Shown in pieces: positions 51,961-64,000 of a DNA stretch of 64,000 bases; position 1 is the first letter of the stretch, and each line of letters opens with the position of its first letter. This DNA is from Takakia lepidozioides (lineage: Eukaryota > Plantae > Bryophyta), in assembly GCA_030704615.1 (NCBI GenBank), contig CM060731.1, forward strand, positions 25,296,001 through 25,360,000, read 5' to 3'. The notes below the pieces were generated by a model. The model did not search any database. It was not told the DNA's origin and saw only the letters and a program-made list of their open reading frames with translations. A program made the position numbers and the translations under genes.

Positions 51961-52320
51961 GCCTGGGGGTCTAGGATTGGGCACGCGGTCGAGGGGGATG
52001 GACGGCGCGGCGAGAGGGGGGGGGGGATCAACGACGAGGGACTGCGATGTGGCCCACGTGTCATGGAGGGCACCGTGGAGCAACACGTGGCGGAAAATGT
52101 GGGGAGGGGGATCAGTTCCCGAATTGGAGGAGGGGATCAATCGAGGCGGGGGGAGCAACAACGCGGGGATTGCGCCGTCCATGGTTGAAGGCCCGGGGGA
52201 CCGTGCCTGGGCTCGGGGGATCAGACACCATTGGACGGGGGATCAACCGAGGGGGGGGGTGGGCGGCGTGTCGGGGGATTGGGCCGTCAATGGGAAGAGG
52301 GGATCGACGGCGGGGGGAGC

Positions 52321-52729
52321 GGAGGATGGCGGGGGGATGACGGGGGATGACACACAACATCCATTGTTTGTGAGGTCGGATGGATGCGCAGGGGATCGAC
52401 GGTCTGGGGAGCCGCACACGTGGCGGGCGATTAGTGTTGGGGGATCACTCCCGGTCCGGAAGGGGGATCAAGGCGGGTCGGGGGGAGCGGCGACGTCTGG
52501 GGGGAGCGCGCCGTGGATGGGAGGAGTGGATCGACGGCGGCGGGAGCGCCACGTGGCAATGGGCGCGTCATGGGGCCTTCATCCGGCCGTCATCCATTTA
52601 ATTGAGGTTGGATGGATGGGGAGGGGATCGACGGTTCGGGGTAGCGCCACGTGGCTGGAGATGGGGTGGGGGATCACTCCGGCACTGGAAGGGGGATCAA
52701 CCCAGTGAGGGGATCCACAGCGGGGGCCG
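52321..52729 (-). repeat. Right arm of the ~410-bp inverted repeat (GGGATC-rich array from ~51970)
   Basis: Reverse complement of 33689-34097. Confidence 0.92.
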
Positions 52730-55513
52730 CCACGTGGCTGGAGATCGGGCGGTGCTGTGGGGCGCCGCGCGGCCAGCGGTAGGGCGGGGGTCAGGGGTCC
52801 GGGTGGGGGGCGCGCGGGGGCGTGGGGAGGAGGGGGGGGGCGGGTTCCCCGGCTGTACCTCGCGGGCCGTACCCGTCAGCTCACACGCTTGCAATAAAAT
52901 CAAGCCACATCCATATTGGGACCGCCCACTAGTATGGTGTTCTATTTGTTCAATTCATTCTTTCAGTCTGATTACGCAGTATGTTTGTTCGGAAAGAGCC
53001 CCACATAAACTTTTTAACTGTAAGACATCAACCACAACCTTGATAGCCCAAGAATCATCTGGCAGATAACAATCCTGACAGGCAATAACAACAATGCTAA
53101 TGGAGAAAATAGCAATACTCGGATTGGCCAATAAGACTCAGATGCCCCAAAGTGTGACAATCCAACTGAGATAGTGCCAACAAACAGCAAATGAGAAGGA
53201 AACAGAAGCTGGATCTGCAAGAAACCAGGAAAATAACCTGCAGCTCCCTGAAATAACACCTGCCTGTCAATCTCTCTCTCGCATCTAAGTTTCTTTCTCT
53301 CACAAGGCTACAGAAAACAACGTCTTATGAGTACGTTTCTCTCTCACAACGATGGTGGACAGGCTATATACCTCCTAATTGTTCACGAAATGCACCTGCC
53401 CCTTTGGCCCACTCTTGCTGTGGAATCACCAATGTGAGGAGGAACTTCGCTGTTGATATCTCTTGTGTCACAGATGCTTGTGGTTGTACTCTTCCAGCGG
53501 AGAAATGTCAGTGTGCTTGCTCATAACACAAATTTACCCCAAAGCGACACCAAACTACTAAAATCATATGGACTGGCATGATAAATGTAAGTGATAGGTC
53601 TTTGACTACTCACACACATACAAAGAGCCCCTAACGGCAATTTCTCATAAACAGTCGTTAGAATGTAAACAGAGCAGATCAAAGAAACATAGAGCTCCAG
53701 CCAGAAGTGCTGGAGATACTGGGTGCATTGAGCACCTCTGCCTTAATGAATCTTTCACAAACAGGCAACTATCCTTGCGAAGCTGATGCACATCTTTTTG
53801 TCTCAGACAGATCGTCGGTTACTACAGTAAGCTTGGAAAGTACTGATTTTATTTCATTCATTCTCTGTTGTTGTACTTTGTCCCATGGGTCTCTCTCTCT
53901 TGTACTGTATTCCTGGGCCCTGTGGGTGGGTCACGTTTTTGTTTCTCTTGTAGTTCTACTGACCCTTTGGGTTCCTGTGGTCATAATACTTTTCTTTTTC
54001 TTCCCCTCCCTGTCTCTCATGGGCCTGTCTGTTGACGTCTTTTTTAAGCAAGGAGACGGTGAATCCCCCCACAAATCAAACTTTAGAAACTGGAACGTCA
54101 ATAGTACCCTTGGGAAACCAAGAAAATCTGACTTGCCTCATAAAATGTAGTTGATCGGGCTCTCCGTTTCTCTTGCAGCGATTGGGCATCCCAACGGACC
54201 TTGTAGGATTCTTCCTTCCTTTCTTTATCTCTCGTCTCACGCGTAACCCCCTCACAAATGTCGATAGCGAAGACCAGTCTGTTGCTATAGAGATTCACTG
54301 CGTTTAGTCAACAAAGATTAAATTGTGTGTGTAGGACATGCTGACAGGTCGAATTGGGTCAAGAAGCGAGTGGGCCTTCCGTAGAGTGCTGTAAAAGATG
54401 TCGGTCTTTGTACGGAGAGGGTGGGCCCCCGGTAAGTGCCACACTCTTATCAAGAAGCTGGTCATGACGCTACTGCGTCAACTCCTGCACCGTGTGGAAT
54501 GAACAACAAACATAGAACGGAGTACATGATGTGATTAGTACACTGTGAAAGCAACCAGTGCTTACATCCGAATGTAACTGCAATTAAATTGAAGAAGCGG
54601 AATGTAGCAGGGATGGCGTTGTTTTCGGGGCTTTTCTGATTGTGAACTCGAATATGCATCTATGGGTTTCTGCTAAGCGTAATCGTTACTGAAGATTTGG
54701 TACCGTGGCGATGGATCTCGTGCTGAGCAAATTGAAGCCCTTGTGAATAGCTCCTTCCAGATCTGACAAGTACAATGCACTTCGTTTTTCATTCCGTTAT
54801 TCTAAGCGGGAACTTCATTCCTACAAATGAGGGGATGACGGATTTCACTGATTCACCCGCAATGCTAAAACACCATATATTATCTGTAGCCAGGCAAGAA
54901 ATTGTGACATTGAACAAGTAATCTGCAGGTGAAATTTTCATCAGGAGGAACTGGGTCGCGTATCTCCTAGACAATCTCCTATAGATACTCACTACACCAT
55001 TTGAGAGGGTGGGTCTGAAACATCCTGCCACATTCCCTAGAGGATGAAGTGTCAGGGTTGGAGTATCTGATTCGGCAAGGGGGTGCCGAGCCCACAGCCG
55101 GCGATGAGAGGTTGTGGTCACCGGCAGAGATCAACAGCGGAGGCTCACAGAGCTTGATGGCTTGTATGTAATGCAAGCTGCCTCCAAGAGCACCTATGGT
55201 GACCACTGTCAGTATGGAATCAACGGGTTTTCTAGGTGGAGAGAACTATGAATTGGAACCTGCTCGATCAAATTGCCGTCATGATTGGATACGTGTGTGT
55301 GTGAAGATTTGAGCATTTATGTTATTTTGATGACCTTATGGGGCGGCACCGAATTGTGCTGCCGGCAGAATGGAAACCTTGACTGTTTTCCTGTTTTGAT
55401 TTGGGAGTCCTCAAGGGAATGTGACTGAGATCTTTGTCAGAAGTGGAGTAAAGCGTTGGAGAGTGGGTGTGAAAGGTCGACTGGATGTGAGTAGTGGGAG
55501 GAAGAAAGGAGGG

Positions 55514-58500
55514 ATGGCAGCACCTTCATCACGTCTATCACTATCGAGTGTGAAAACTTCAGGGTCAGAGGCATACTATAAGAGCAACCTCGACCTGGTG
55601 CTGAAAGAGAATAAGCAGCTGAAGCAGCGCCTGGACCAGCTAGAGAAGGAAAATCGTGGCCTCAAAAAGGCCGTTTACGATCTGAGTGTTAGGTCTGGAT
55701 AGTAGCTTCTGGCCGTTTCTATGGCTCTTCATAGGAAGCGATAATAAAAGAATAGAATGATGTTGTCGATGTCAAATGGTTTCAACTTTTCTTTTCAAAT
55801 GACTGGAAATTGCACTAGGAGTGCTACCTAGGAACATCTTGCGGTTATCTGAAAGTTAAAGACAATCTTGCATCCTGTCAATTACAAGCAGAGGATGAGC
55901 AGTAGTGAGGAATTTGATAGCTGTTAGTTTTGCTGGCCACAGGCACAGTGCATGCACAGAGCAGGTGGGAAAACCGTGGAAACCATTTGACATCGACAAC
56001 ATCATCACTCCTGAGAGCACTATACCTGAACTTCTGGACAATGTCCGAATGCCTGATCCCGAACCCCAGAAAGTGGGCCTTCCAGGTGTGGTTCAACTCT
56101 TGTCTGTCTGTTTTTCGAAACCCACAGGAGGATTTAGCTTACATTATGATCATTCTGAATTTGGCTCCCCTGAATTTGGGCCAGAATGGGCACAATCAAG
56201 TTGGTCAACCCTATCCATAGCACTGGCCAATGTTTTGTTTGCAATGGTCACAGTGTCATACAGTTTTTATGAATCTCTTGGTGCTCTTGCCTGCAGGAGT
56301 GGCTGTTACAAAGTCCAATCTCAAGGCTGATGGTCGACAATTTTATCATGCATTTGACCTAAAGGTTGGCCCACCTCCTCACCCAAGCTGCTTTTCCCAA
56401 TACTTATGCTAGTTTCCAGTGGCTCAGGTGGACAGCAAAATGAGGGTAGAGACAAAGAGGCATGGTCCTCAGCCTACTGGGTGGCGTGCTCTACACAAAA
56501 CAAATCAAAGTACTAGCACATGGCCATCCTTAGTTGTCTGCCAATTCAGAAAAACCAGAAAGTTGTGCCTAGGCACAAGCAGATGGAACAATTGGACTAC
56601 CTTGACAAGTGATTCTGTGTAAGGTTGAGGGAGGGAGGATGCAGACTGGTTTCAGGGAAGAGGTGGTGATTATAGCTTGTGGGTATGACAGGGCCATACA
56701 GGATCAGTGTATGCAGCCCAGTTTGCAAGGGCCAACAATCTGTTGGCATCAGGGTCATTCGATCAAAGTGTGCGTGTCTGGGATGTCCAAACTCAACGTG
56801 AGGTCAGATTTACTTCCATTTTCTGTTGTCTATACCGGGTTCTGTAGTGTTGCCTTTTAGCCCTTGTTGGCTACTGCTTCTGCTCAGGGGCAGCTTGCAC
56901 TGTGATGCAGCTACCACTTTGGTGTAAGTTGAAGAGAGAGTGGGTCTAACTCCTGGCATTGGTATATGGAGGACAGGTGCTTCGCTTTCAAGAGCATCAA
57001 ATGAATGTGGCAGATGTTGATTGGTCAAATGATGGCACTTTGCTACTGTCAGGCGGGTTCGACCACTGTGTCAAGGAGTGGGATGTGGTGGCTGCCAAAG
57101 CAGTGCACTCCTATAGCGATCTGCAAGGCTTTATTCAGGCTGTCCGTTTCAATCCTGCAGGCCTGTAGTCTCATTATGTTTGTCCCTTGTGTCTTCTCTC
57201 TCCCTGTATGTGCAGTAAATGTAGAGATGGGCTTGCTGATATAGTAATCTGGAGCAGTGAGTGAGTGAGACTGTTCTGTCTTATAATTTCGAAGTGTGTA
57301 TGAGCGTCCCAGGGATGCAGTTCATAGTTTTGCAGCCATCTGTTGCTGTAGGTCCCTTTCATTCGTAGTACTTTCTGCAAACTGAGCTCTCTTAGGATAT
57401 GCATTAAGTGATTGTCTGTATGTGTACATGGGTTGCCCTGTGTCTTGTTTTGAGGAAAAAGGCTGAGCTGATGACCGCTGGGGGTTTGTGGACACGCAGA
57501 TAATGGAGTTTTTGTGGCGGGCAGCACTTCGAAGCAGATTTATGTGTTAGATCGACGGCTCCGCAGTGCAGGGGGGGTGGCATTGCTGCTGAGCAGTGAG
57601 GCCAAAGTGAATGCCCTGTTGGTATGCCGCAACGGTATTTCATGTCTCTCAGGGGACTCACATGGCGCTATGAAGCTCTGGGACCTGCGTACGCGGGCCT
57701 GTGTTGAGACTGTGTTTAACGATGAGGCTCATAAGCCCATCACATCTCTTGCCACATCTACCCCTCCCGATGGTATGCTGTCCCACCCCTGACACCAGTT
57801 CATTCCTCATAGTCTCTGCAACTCTTAACTCTTCTGTCATGTGGAGGTCTCTTCCAATTCTTCACCTCACAAGTTTGGCATAATCTTTTATGTTGTGGTG
57901 TCATCTTACTCCCATGTCAAATTTTGAGTGTTCTTTACATTTCTTCCCTGTTTTATAGCTGCTGCCGCTGCCAACATCTTGCAACTTCCAACTGAAGTAG
58001 CTCATGTGCGGTTCAAAGCAAGTAAGTTTATTTCCTTATTTACAGTACTTGGATTCAGTATTGATGACAGAAAGCGGATGGGTGCAGTGGTTATTGAGGA
58101 GGGTGTGCAGGTCGCTGTCAACAGCTACGATAATGGTATATATCATTTCCCATCCCTTTCTTGTATCAAGATACACCTCTCTCTTACTCAATAGTTCTTT
58201 GATTTCTTTAAACTCACTTTGAGCACCACTATCCATGTCTCACCCTAATTGGTGTGGGTGGAGGCAGTATTAAGAGTCTATGATAAGTTTTCGATCATAG
58301 AACAGCCACAGTTGCGGATGGGCAGTATGAAGTTGGTGCATGCAATAAGTGGCACACGTACCAAGAATTGGCCGATCAAAAGTTCCTTGTTTCAAGGCCA
58401 TGATTGTAAGTCCTCCTCTACCTCGATTTCACAGAGATGGCAAGCAAAGAGGAAAGCTTACAAGATTACCTTTGGGGAGGGGGGAAGCCCCTCGCATTTG

Positions 58501-59240
58501 TCAACTAAACCTGAATTATTATCTGAGAGTTTGTCATGATTATGCCCATTGAGTTCGCAGGGGATCTTCTTGAATCAGATGCATGTCGGGGTTCTGGTAA
58601 CGGTGTTCGTGAAGTAGGTGTAGGTGTGACGGGGAGGGTTTTGAGGCAAGTTGTGTCACTTGCAAAAACTGGTGCTGTATGAGGAATCAGATCAGCAGGT
58701 TGTGAGAAAGCGTTGGCCTAAGCAGAGCGATGGGCTTCCTGCTAATGGAGACTATAGACCACGAAACCCAGACCCTGCGTAAGTGTCCTGCCTTTGGAGG
58801 ATAAAATATCTAATATCCCTGCTTACACAGCACTTTGCACGGAGGTGGAAGCCACCATCTTGACCTTGTGTGCTGGGATGGCCGCATGGCTGCAGATCCT
58901 TCCAGGACGCAAGTGTGCATGATACTCTGCTTCTGGCTTCTGGCAGTGCTGACAACTATGCCTACATCTTTGATGTCGGCGGTCCATCTGTAAGTCTCTC
59001 AATCATAAATATAGTTGGGACTTCAAGATGCTGACAGAATGTTTGGAATGTGAACCATGGACTGACAGCTGCAAGGGTGGGGGTGTGCAGGGAACGGCGG
59101 AACTGGTGCAACGATTGGAGGGGCATGGTGACCGAGTGTGCGCGGCTGTGTTCCATCCCCACGATCCCATCCTTGCCACTTGCTGTGCTGACTACTCTGT
59201 CAAAGTCTGGACTCCACGACACTCCACAGATCTGGGTTGA
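55514..59240 (+). CDS. WD40-repeat protein with N-terminal coiled coil (~11 exons)
   Basis: LKENKQLKQRLDQLEKENRGLKK. WD repeats GHTGSVY..LLASGSFDQSVRVWD, EHQMNV.DVDWS..LLSGGFDHCVKEWD, SGDSHGAMKLWD, LLASGSADNYAYIFD, LEGHGDRV..FHP..LATCCADYSVKVW. Exon phases are consistent. Confidence 0.88.
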
Positions 59241-59478
59241 CTTCACTCCCTTATTTCTAGTATCTTTGCTGACAGTGTGTCCTCTTGGTTCCTGGATCAA
59301 TCACTGGTGAATCAATCACCTGCTACCGAGCAGTTGCTGTGCATATTGACAACACGAAGCTAACAAGGGTTGTGGCAGGCCATGCTCATGTACCATGCTA
59401 ACTGATGCGACGCCATGTACAAGAGCCATCACATTGAGTCCAACCGTCCATTTTTCGGCTTTAAAAAGGGATTGCCGA

Positions 59479-61255
59479 ATGGAGGAGGTGGTGCCCAAGT
59501 ACCCCCCCTTCCCAACTGTGAGAAACCATTACCAAACGTCACCAAGAAGCAGAAGCAGAGGAGGTGCTGATTACCATTAGCTTTGTTAGCTTCATCTTCC
59601 GGCATGTTTCTCAAAGATGACTTAGCACCTAGTGGAAACAAAGTGGACAAGCTTTCTTCTCCCCAAGTTTTTCAAACACTCTTAGTATTTCAACCGTCAC
59701 TTTTTGTCTCTACCTACAAGCAGAGAAAGAAAGAAGAGTTAAACATCCTGTTAGACATTGTAGATGTCCAATGTCTCTGTCTTTTGCTAGACGGGAGTAC
59801 ACAATCCAGAGTGACGGGCACATCATTTCTGTGGTAAAAGCAGGGCTATAAAAATAAAATCAATAACCCTGCAACGAGGCTGTTGAGTTTGTATGCAGAC
59901 AAGTGCCTCTGCGAGGTTTCTTTCCTCCTCTCTCTTGCTCTTCTCATTCACACTGCACTTTTCTAATTTTTGGCATCTCTGGCTCTCTCAAATTTCCCAT
60001 TGCACGAGGGGATCTCATACATACAAGCTCACAGTGTACTGGGGTTCCCTCCCACTTAAAATGGAAATGGATGTCTAATCCACGACAAAACTTTAAACCT
60101 GTGTTCGTTGACCAGTTCTTGATTCCGAGTAGCATTCTGTAATGACCTACTCTTCCATCTATCTCTGTGTTTTTCAAATTGGCTAGGTAGCCCATGTTGC
60201 ACATCACCTTGCTAAGGTCTCCTTTACAATGCAACCAAGGATCCTCCTACCGTGTAATTAGACACACTTTCTTTTAGGTAGATGAAGGGAAATCTTGATT
60301 CATTGCCAATCGTCATATTTGTAGCAAATTCTCATTTCAGTATCGTTTAATGGAATGTGACATTGCAGGGTGACTGAGAATGCCTTCATTGCCACCAACT
60401 TGTCCCACATGCTCTTCCGAGTGAAAGATGTCGGGAAGCAGGGGGTGCAAGAGTTTGCCAATTCGCTCAATGCCGACCTACTGCGCAAGTCGGAGGCAAA
60501 GGCAAACAACCCCTGGAATAGGCTAAGCATGGACGCCATGCTGGACTACATATTTCGGGTACAGCTCCCAACTCTTTTGTTGACATAATCTGTCATTGCT
60601 CCCCCAATAGAAGAAAAAGTGTGGACCAGGATTTCTAATCTTATGTGTGCATTGTTGACAGACGAAAATTCAGCAGGATTTGGCACATGCGCGGAGGTTC
60701 TACATGGAGTCAGAGGAGAAGAAACTAACCCTCTCGGCACTGGAATCGTATCTCAAAGCTGCGGAGGCGAAGGCCTGTATAAGTACAAGTCGCGGATGGT
60801 GAAGTACGTGGCCATAGCTGATCCCGCCCTTGGTGCCGACTTTCTGGTGGAGGTGGGGAAACACTACTCCTGCGCTCTTAAGCCCACGATGACACTGGAG
60901 AAGCTGCATCGTCTAGCCACAGCCTGTGTAGATGCAACAGAGAAGGTTATACATTCTTAACCAAATTCTCTTGTGGCAACCATTTCGTTTTCGTGGTGTT
61001 TGGCGCTTACTAATATGCACGGTGGTTGGAGAGACCCGGTGGTTCCAAATCTGGAATGGATCCCAGAGTACAAGGGACATGTGGAGCTTTCCCAAACCCG
61101 ACAAACTGTCTACATGTCCATGATAGTGCTTTACCTAGCTGCACATCAGATTTTCCTTACTCAATGATTCTGCCATTCAGATCGACGGAGAGATAAGCGG
61201 CGAAAAGATCGAAGAGGTAACAGGGAGGATGTGTACTAGGCAACAAGTTTCCTAA
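59479..61255 (+). CDS. Putative gene, possibly a highly divergent 20S proteasome-subunit-like protein; model uncertain
   Basis: Exon-like ORFs at ~60370-60558, ~60660-60945 and 61181-61255 with splice signals. One phase mismatch is unresolved and the 5' exons are speculative. Confidence 0.4.
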
Positions 61256-62277
61256 CAGTTTGGAGGTGAAGCTTGGTTGGTCTTATGGTTGATGGACCAG
61301 TTGCCTTATTCTTCATCTGCTTGAGAAGGTAGTAGGTCAGACTGAGGTTGTTAATTCATGGAAAGGATTTTGTGACAAATTGAAGTCAGCTTTGGATGAG
61401 ATTCCTAGTTAGAAGTCGGCAAGAGTCGGACTGTAATTGCAAGGAGACTTATTAGAGCGGTGAACACGGCACGTCAAACGCTATATGCCCTGGTTACAGG
61501 GGTGACTGTAATTTTTGCAGGGAGGGGTTAGTTGGAACTCCACGATTGGGAGACACGGTAGATATAGTCCGGGGCGGGCCCGCCGCTAGATCACAATCTG
61601 GGTGCGTTGACCGAGGACATCATATCGCATTAACTCCCAAATAACTCACAAGTTTAATGTGGGTCCCGGTATAAGTAGCAAAAGTGCCAACCGTGGAGCA
61701 CATTTTTGGACCCCGCTCAGGTAGATTGCCATTTTGGGGCAAGTACCGTGACACCGTGGAAATGCTCTTATGAGCATGAACTAAGACTCTAGGCGGGTCA
61801 TCGGCCATAAGGCTTCAAAATGCACACCAAAACATACAAACGATGCTGAATTAATCATTTTGATCTTATATGTCATTTAGGTTGTAGTCGACACAAACCG
61901 AACCTCGTAAGTGGTCCGCTTGGGGATCCCCATTTTTTATAAAAATCTAATAACACGGGACTGCGGTCCCTTATCTAATGAGACGGAACAGAAAGAAAAA
62001 TTTGGGACCAACTTTTTTTTTTTTTTTTGTTTTTGGTTTTTTTTTTTTTTTGGTAAGAGAAGGGGGGCTCCTGATTTGTGAGCTGTCGCTCCCAGGTGTT
62101 TCCCTTTATTGATTTATTTAGAAAAAAAAGGTGGGGAATGAAGCCCACACTGATAATGTATTAAGATTCTGCAAAGGAAAAAATAACCTTGCCAAGGCTG
62201 AAGGGGGGGGGGGGGGGGGGGCACAGCCTTAGCCATAGTCATCAGTAAACAGAACAGCAGATCTCAGAAACTAGAAA

Positions 62278-63200
62278 CTACCGCTCAAAAGAGAGTTGGG
62301 CTTTTGATTTGCCCTTCCTAAAACTTCTACGATGCTTCCAATTAACTTCAGATTCTTCTCTTTCTATTGGAGAATATCTAGCACTCCTTGCCTTCCTGTT
62401 GGCAGCTCCCATAGTCAAAGCCCGCCATGCTTCTCTAGCCTCGGACAGAAGGTTTGAGTGAACCCTACTCATGATTGCTTTCACACAAGGTCCATTGCTG
62501 TGCTCTCCAAATCTGCCACAATGTATGGGCGCGGAGAGTGGCCCAGACTGGGTAAGTGCAGCATAATTTTCCATTGTAGAACACCGGCCTCCATTTTTGT
62601 GTTGCAGAATTGTCAGCTCAGAGGAAACAACTGCCGAAGATAAATCTTTTGTATGTCCCATACAAGTGGTCAATGCACATGGTTGCCAAGTTGAACGCAT
62701 TTCGCAGAAAAAGAAAAAGGGAAGATTTTCAGGTCTAGCTGATTCTTCATCGTTTGTGAAGAAACGATCTACGGCTTGTGGCTACCAAGGATAGTTTCTT
62801 CACTATCGAAGGTCTCTCTCTGAACAATTTGAATGCGCAGGTCTTTTCCATCAGCCGAGTTAAGCCGCGACGAGAAGGTCATGTACGGTCTGTTGTCGTA
62901 ACCAGATGTCACGTGACATGGTGATCAGACGAACGTCGTGCCCGAAAAGCTCTGGAAAACAACTCGCAATGCGCAGCAAAAGATGTACCATTCTTCACGT
63001 TGTACCACAAGAGGGAATCTCCACATTGGGGAGATTTTCTCTTGTGGTACATCTTTTGGGAACAGCGCATCATACATAACATTGGCAAGTCTGATCAATC
63101 TCACAGGCTCAAGCTCCGCTGCCTTCCCAACGCCTGAACTGCACCGAGATTGATTGCTGCTCCTTGACAGTATTCATACAGCTTTGTGATCCTTTTCATT
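62278..63200 (-). mobile_element. Degenerate 3' fragment of an L1-type LINE
   Basis: Minus-strand DEES..LPFFFFCE..W resembles the zf-RVT region. A decayed ORF end is followed by A-rich tracts on the minus strand (T runs at ~62013-62051). Confidence 0.4.
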
Positions 63201-64000
63201 TGATTGTGTTCACTTGTAGTTGCCATTGGCAGGACCATTTTGCTTGATGCAAACTACTGATGCTGTGACTGTTATGACCCTCGCTTTGGTGGATTCCTAA
63301 CTTGTTCCAAGTCGGGAAACAGAGAAGTGACTTCACTGTACACCTGCGCAAACAACAACTCAACAGTTGGAGCTGATTGATACTCCCAACTCTTGCATGT
63401 CAACTACCGAAAGTTTCTCACTGAACATAGAAAGTGTCTGTTTTCCTTGTCAGAGGAGTTGCCAGGATCACACGATCACACATCAAACCAGATAACCAGC
63501 TTTTACTTCACCTATTTTCTCCCCAATACGACAAAATACCCTGAAAACTCGCTTTGTGTACTAACTTATCCTTTGTGCTTGTCTTTCCGACTTTCCAGAT
63601 AAACAAGTCTACTTGTAAATGAAGTATTCGCTTTTGCCAGACAGAAACAAAAAGGATGTCACCTCATCTTCTCGCTGAATCACACTGTTTGCCATCGATC
63701 GTGAAGCTGAGCTGCCAAACACAGATTAGGGTTAGCGTGAGCACGGCACATCACATCAGACTCCGGCCCTTGCTATGTAAGTGAGTGCGAGTACCATAAC
63801 GGCAACTGCAGGCCACTCTCTCTACTTTTAGGGTTTATTTATCACAATCATAACACCATACACCAACGACGGTTTTCTTTGTTTTATTCCTTCAATTTGA
63901 TAAATTATTAGATGTCGAATAGCTTATTATTATTTTTAAATTATATTGTCTTTCAAAAATCTTAGTAGAGTCTTAGACTATTGTTTCCTTTGATTTATTT

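Larger units (their letters stand above)
33689..52729. mobile_element. Composite MULE/SWIM-type DNA transposon with long GC-rich inverted arms, carrying nested LINE and CACTA insertions, internally rearranged
   Basis: Inverted arms flank MULE-domain and SWIM coding fragments. True termini and TSD were not found. Confidence 0.7.

Noticed and set aside
53000-55400. Additional gene between the TE island and the WD40 gene
   Set aside because: Only short ORFs, with no recognisable motifs or consistent exon chain.

Overview
Eukaryotic nuclear DNA with spliceosomal introns, most likely from a non-seed land plant such as a bryophyte (inferred from gene content and compact introns; species not determinable). 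Host genes: the 3' part of RPL5 (+), a disrupted pyruvate kinase-like gene (-), an RRM + RanBP2-zinc-finger RGG/RD-rich RNA-binding protein gene (-), arabinosyltransferase XEG113 (-), a coiled-coil + WD40 gene (+), and a possible highly divergent proteasome-subunit-like gene (+). About 25.9-52.9 kb is a nested transposon island. It contains a hAT remnant and a hAT MITE whose empty site survives in a duplicate. It also contains a SWIM/MULE-type element with ~410-bp GC-rich inverted arms, whose transposase is split at an intron into two oppositely oriented halves, and a scrambled CACTA element whose two ends now point the same way but keep complementary 3-bp flanks. The most unusual element is a Dualen/RandI-like non-LTR retrotransposon encoding both APE and restriction-like endonucleases plus RNase H. 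It has a separate ORF1, a 2A-like peptide motif and a hairpin+oligo(T) 3' end, and lacks reverse transcriptase. Exon structures were read by hand from GT/GC-AG sites and motif recognition; no database searches were run.
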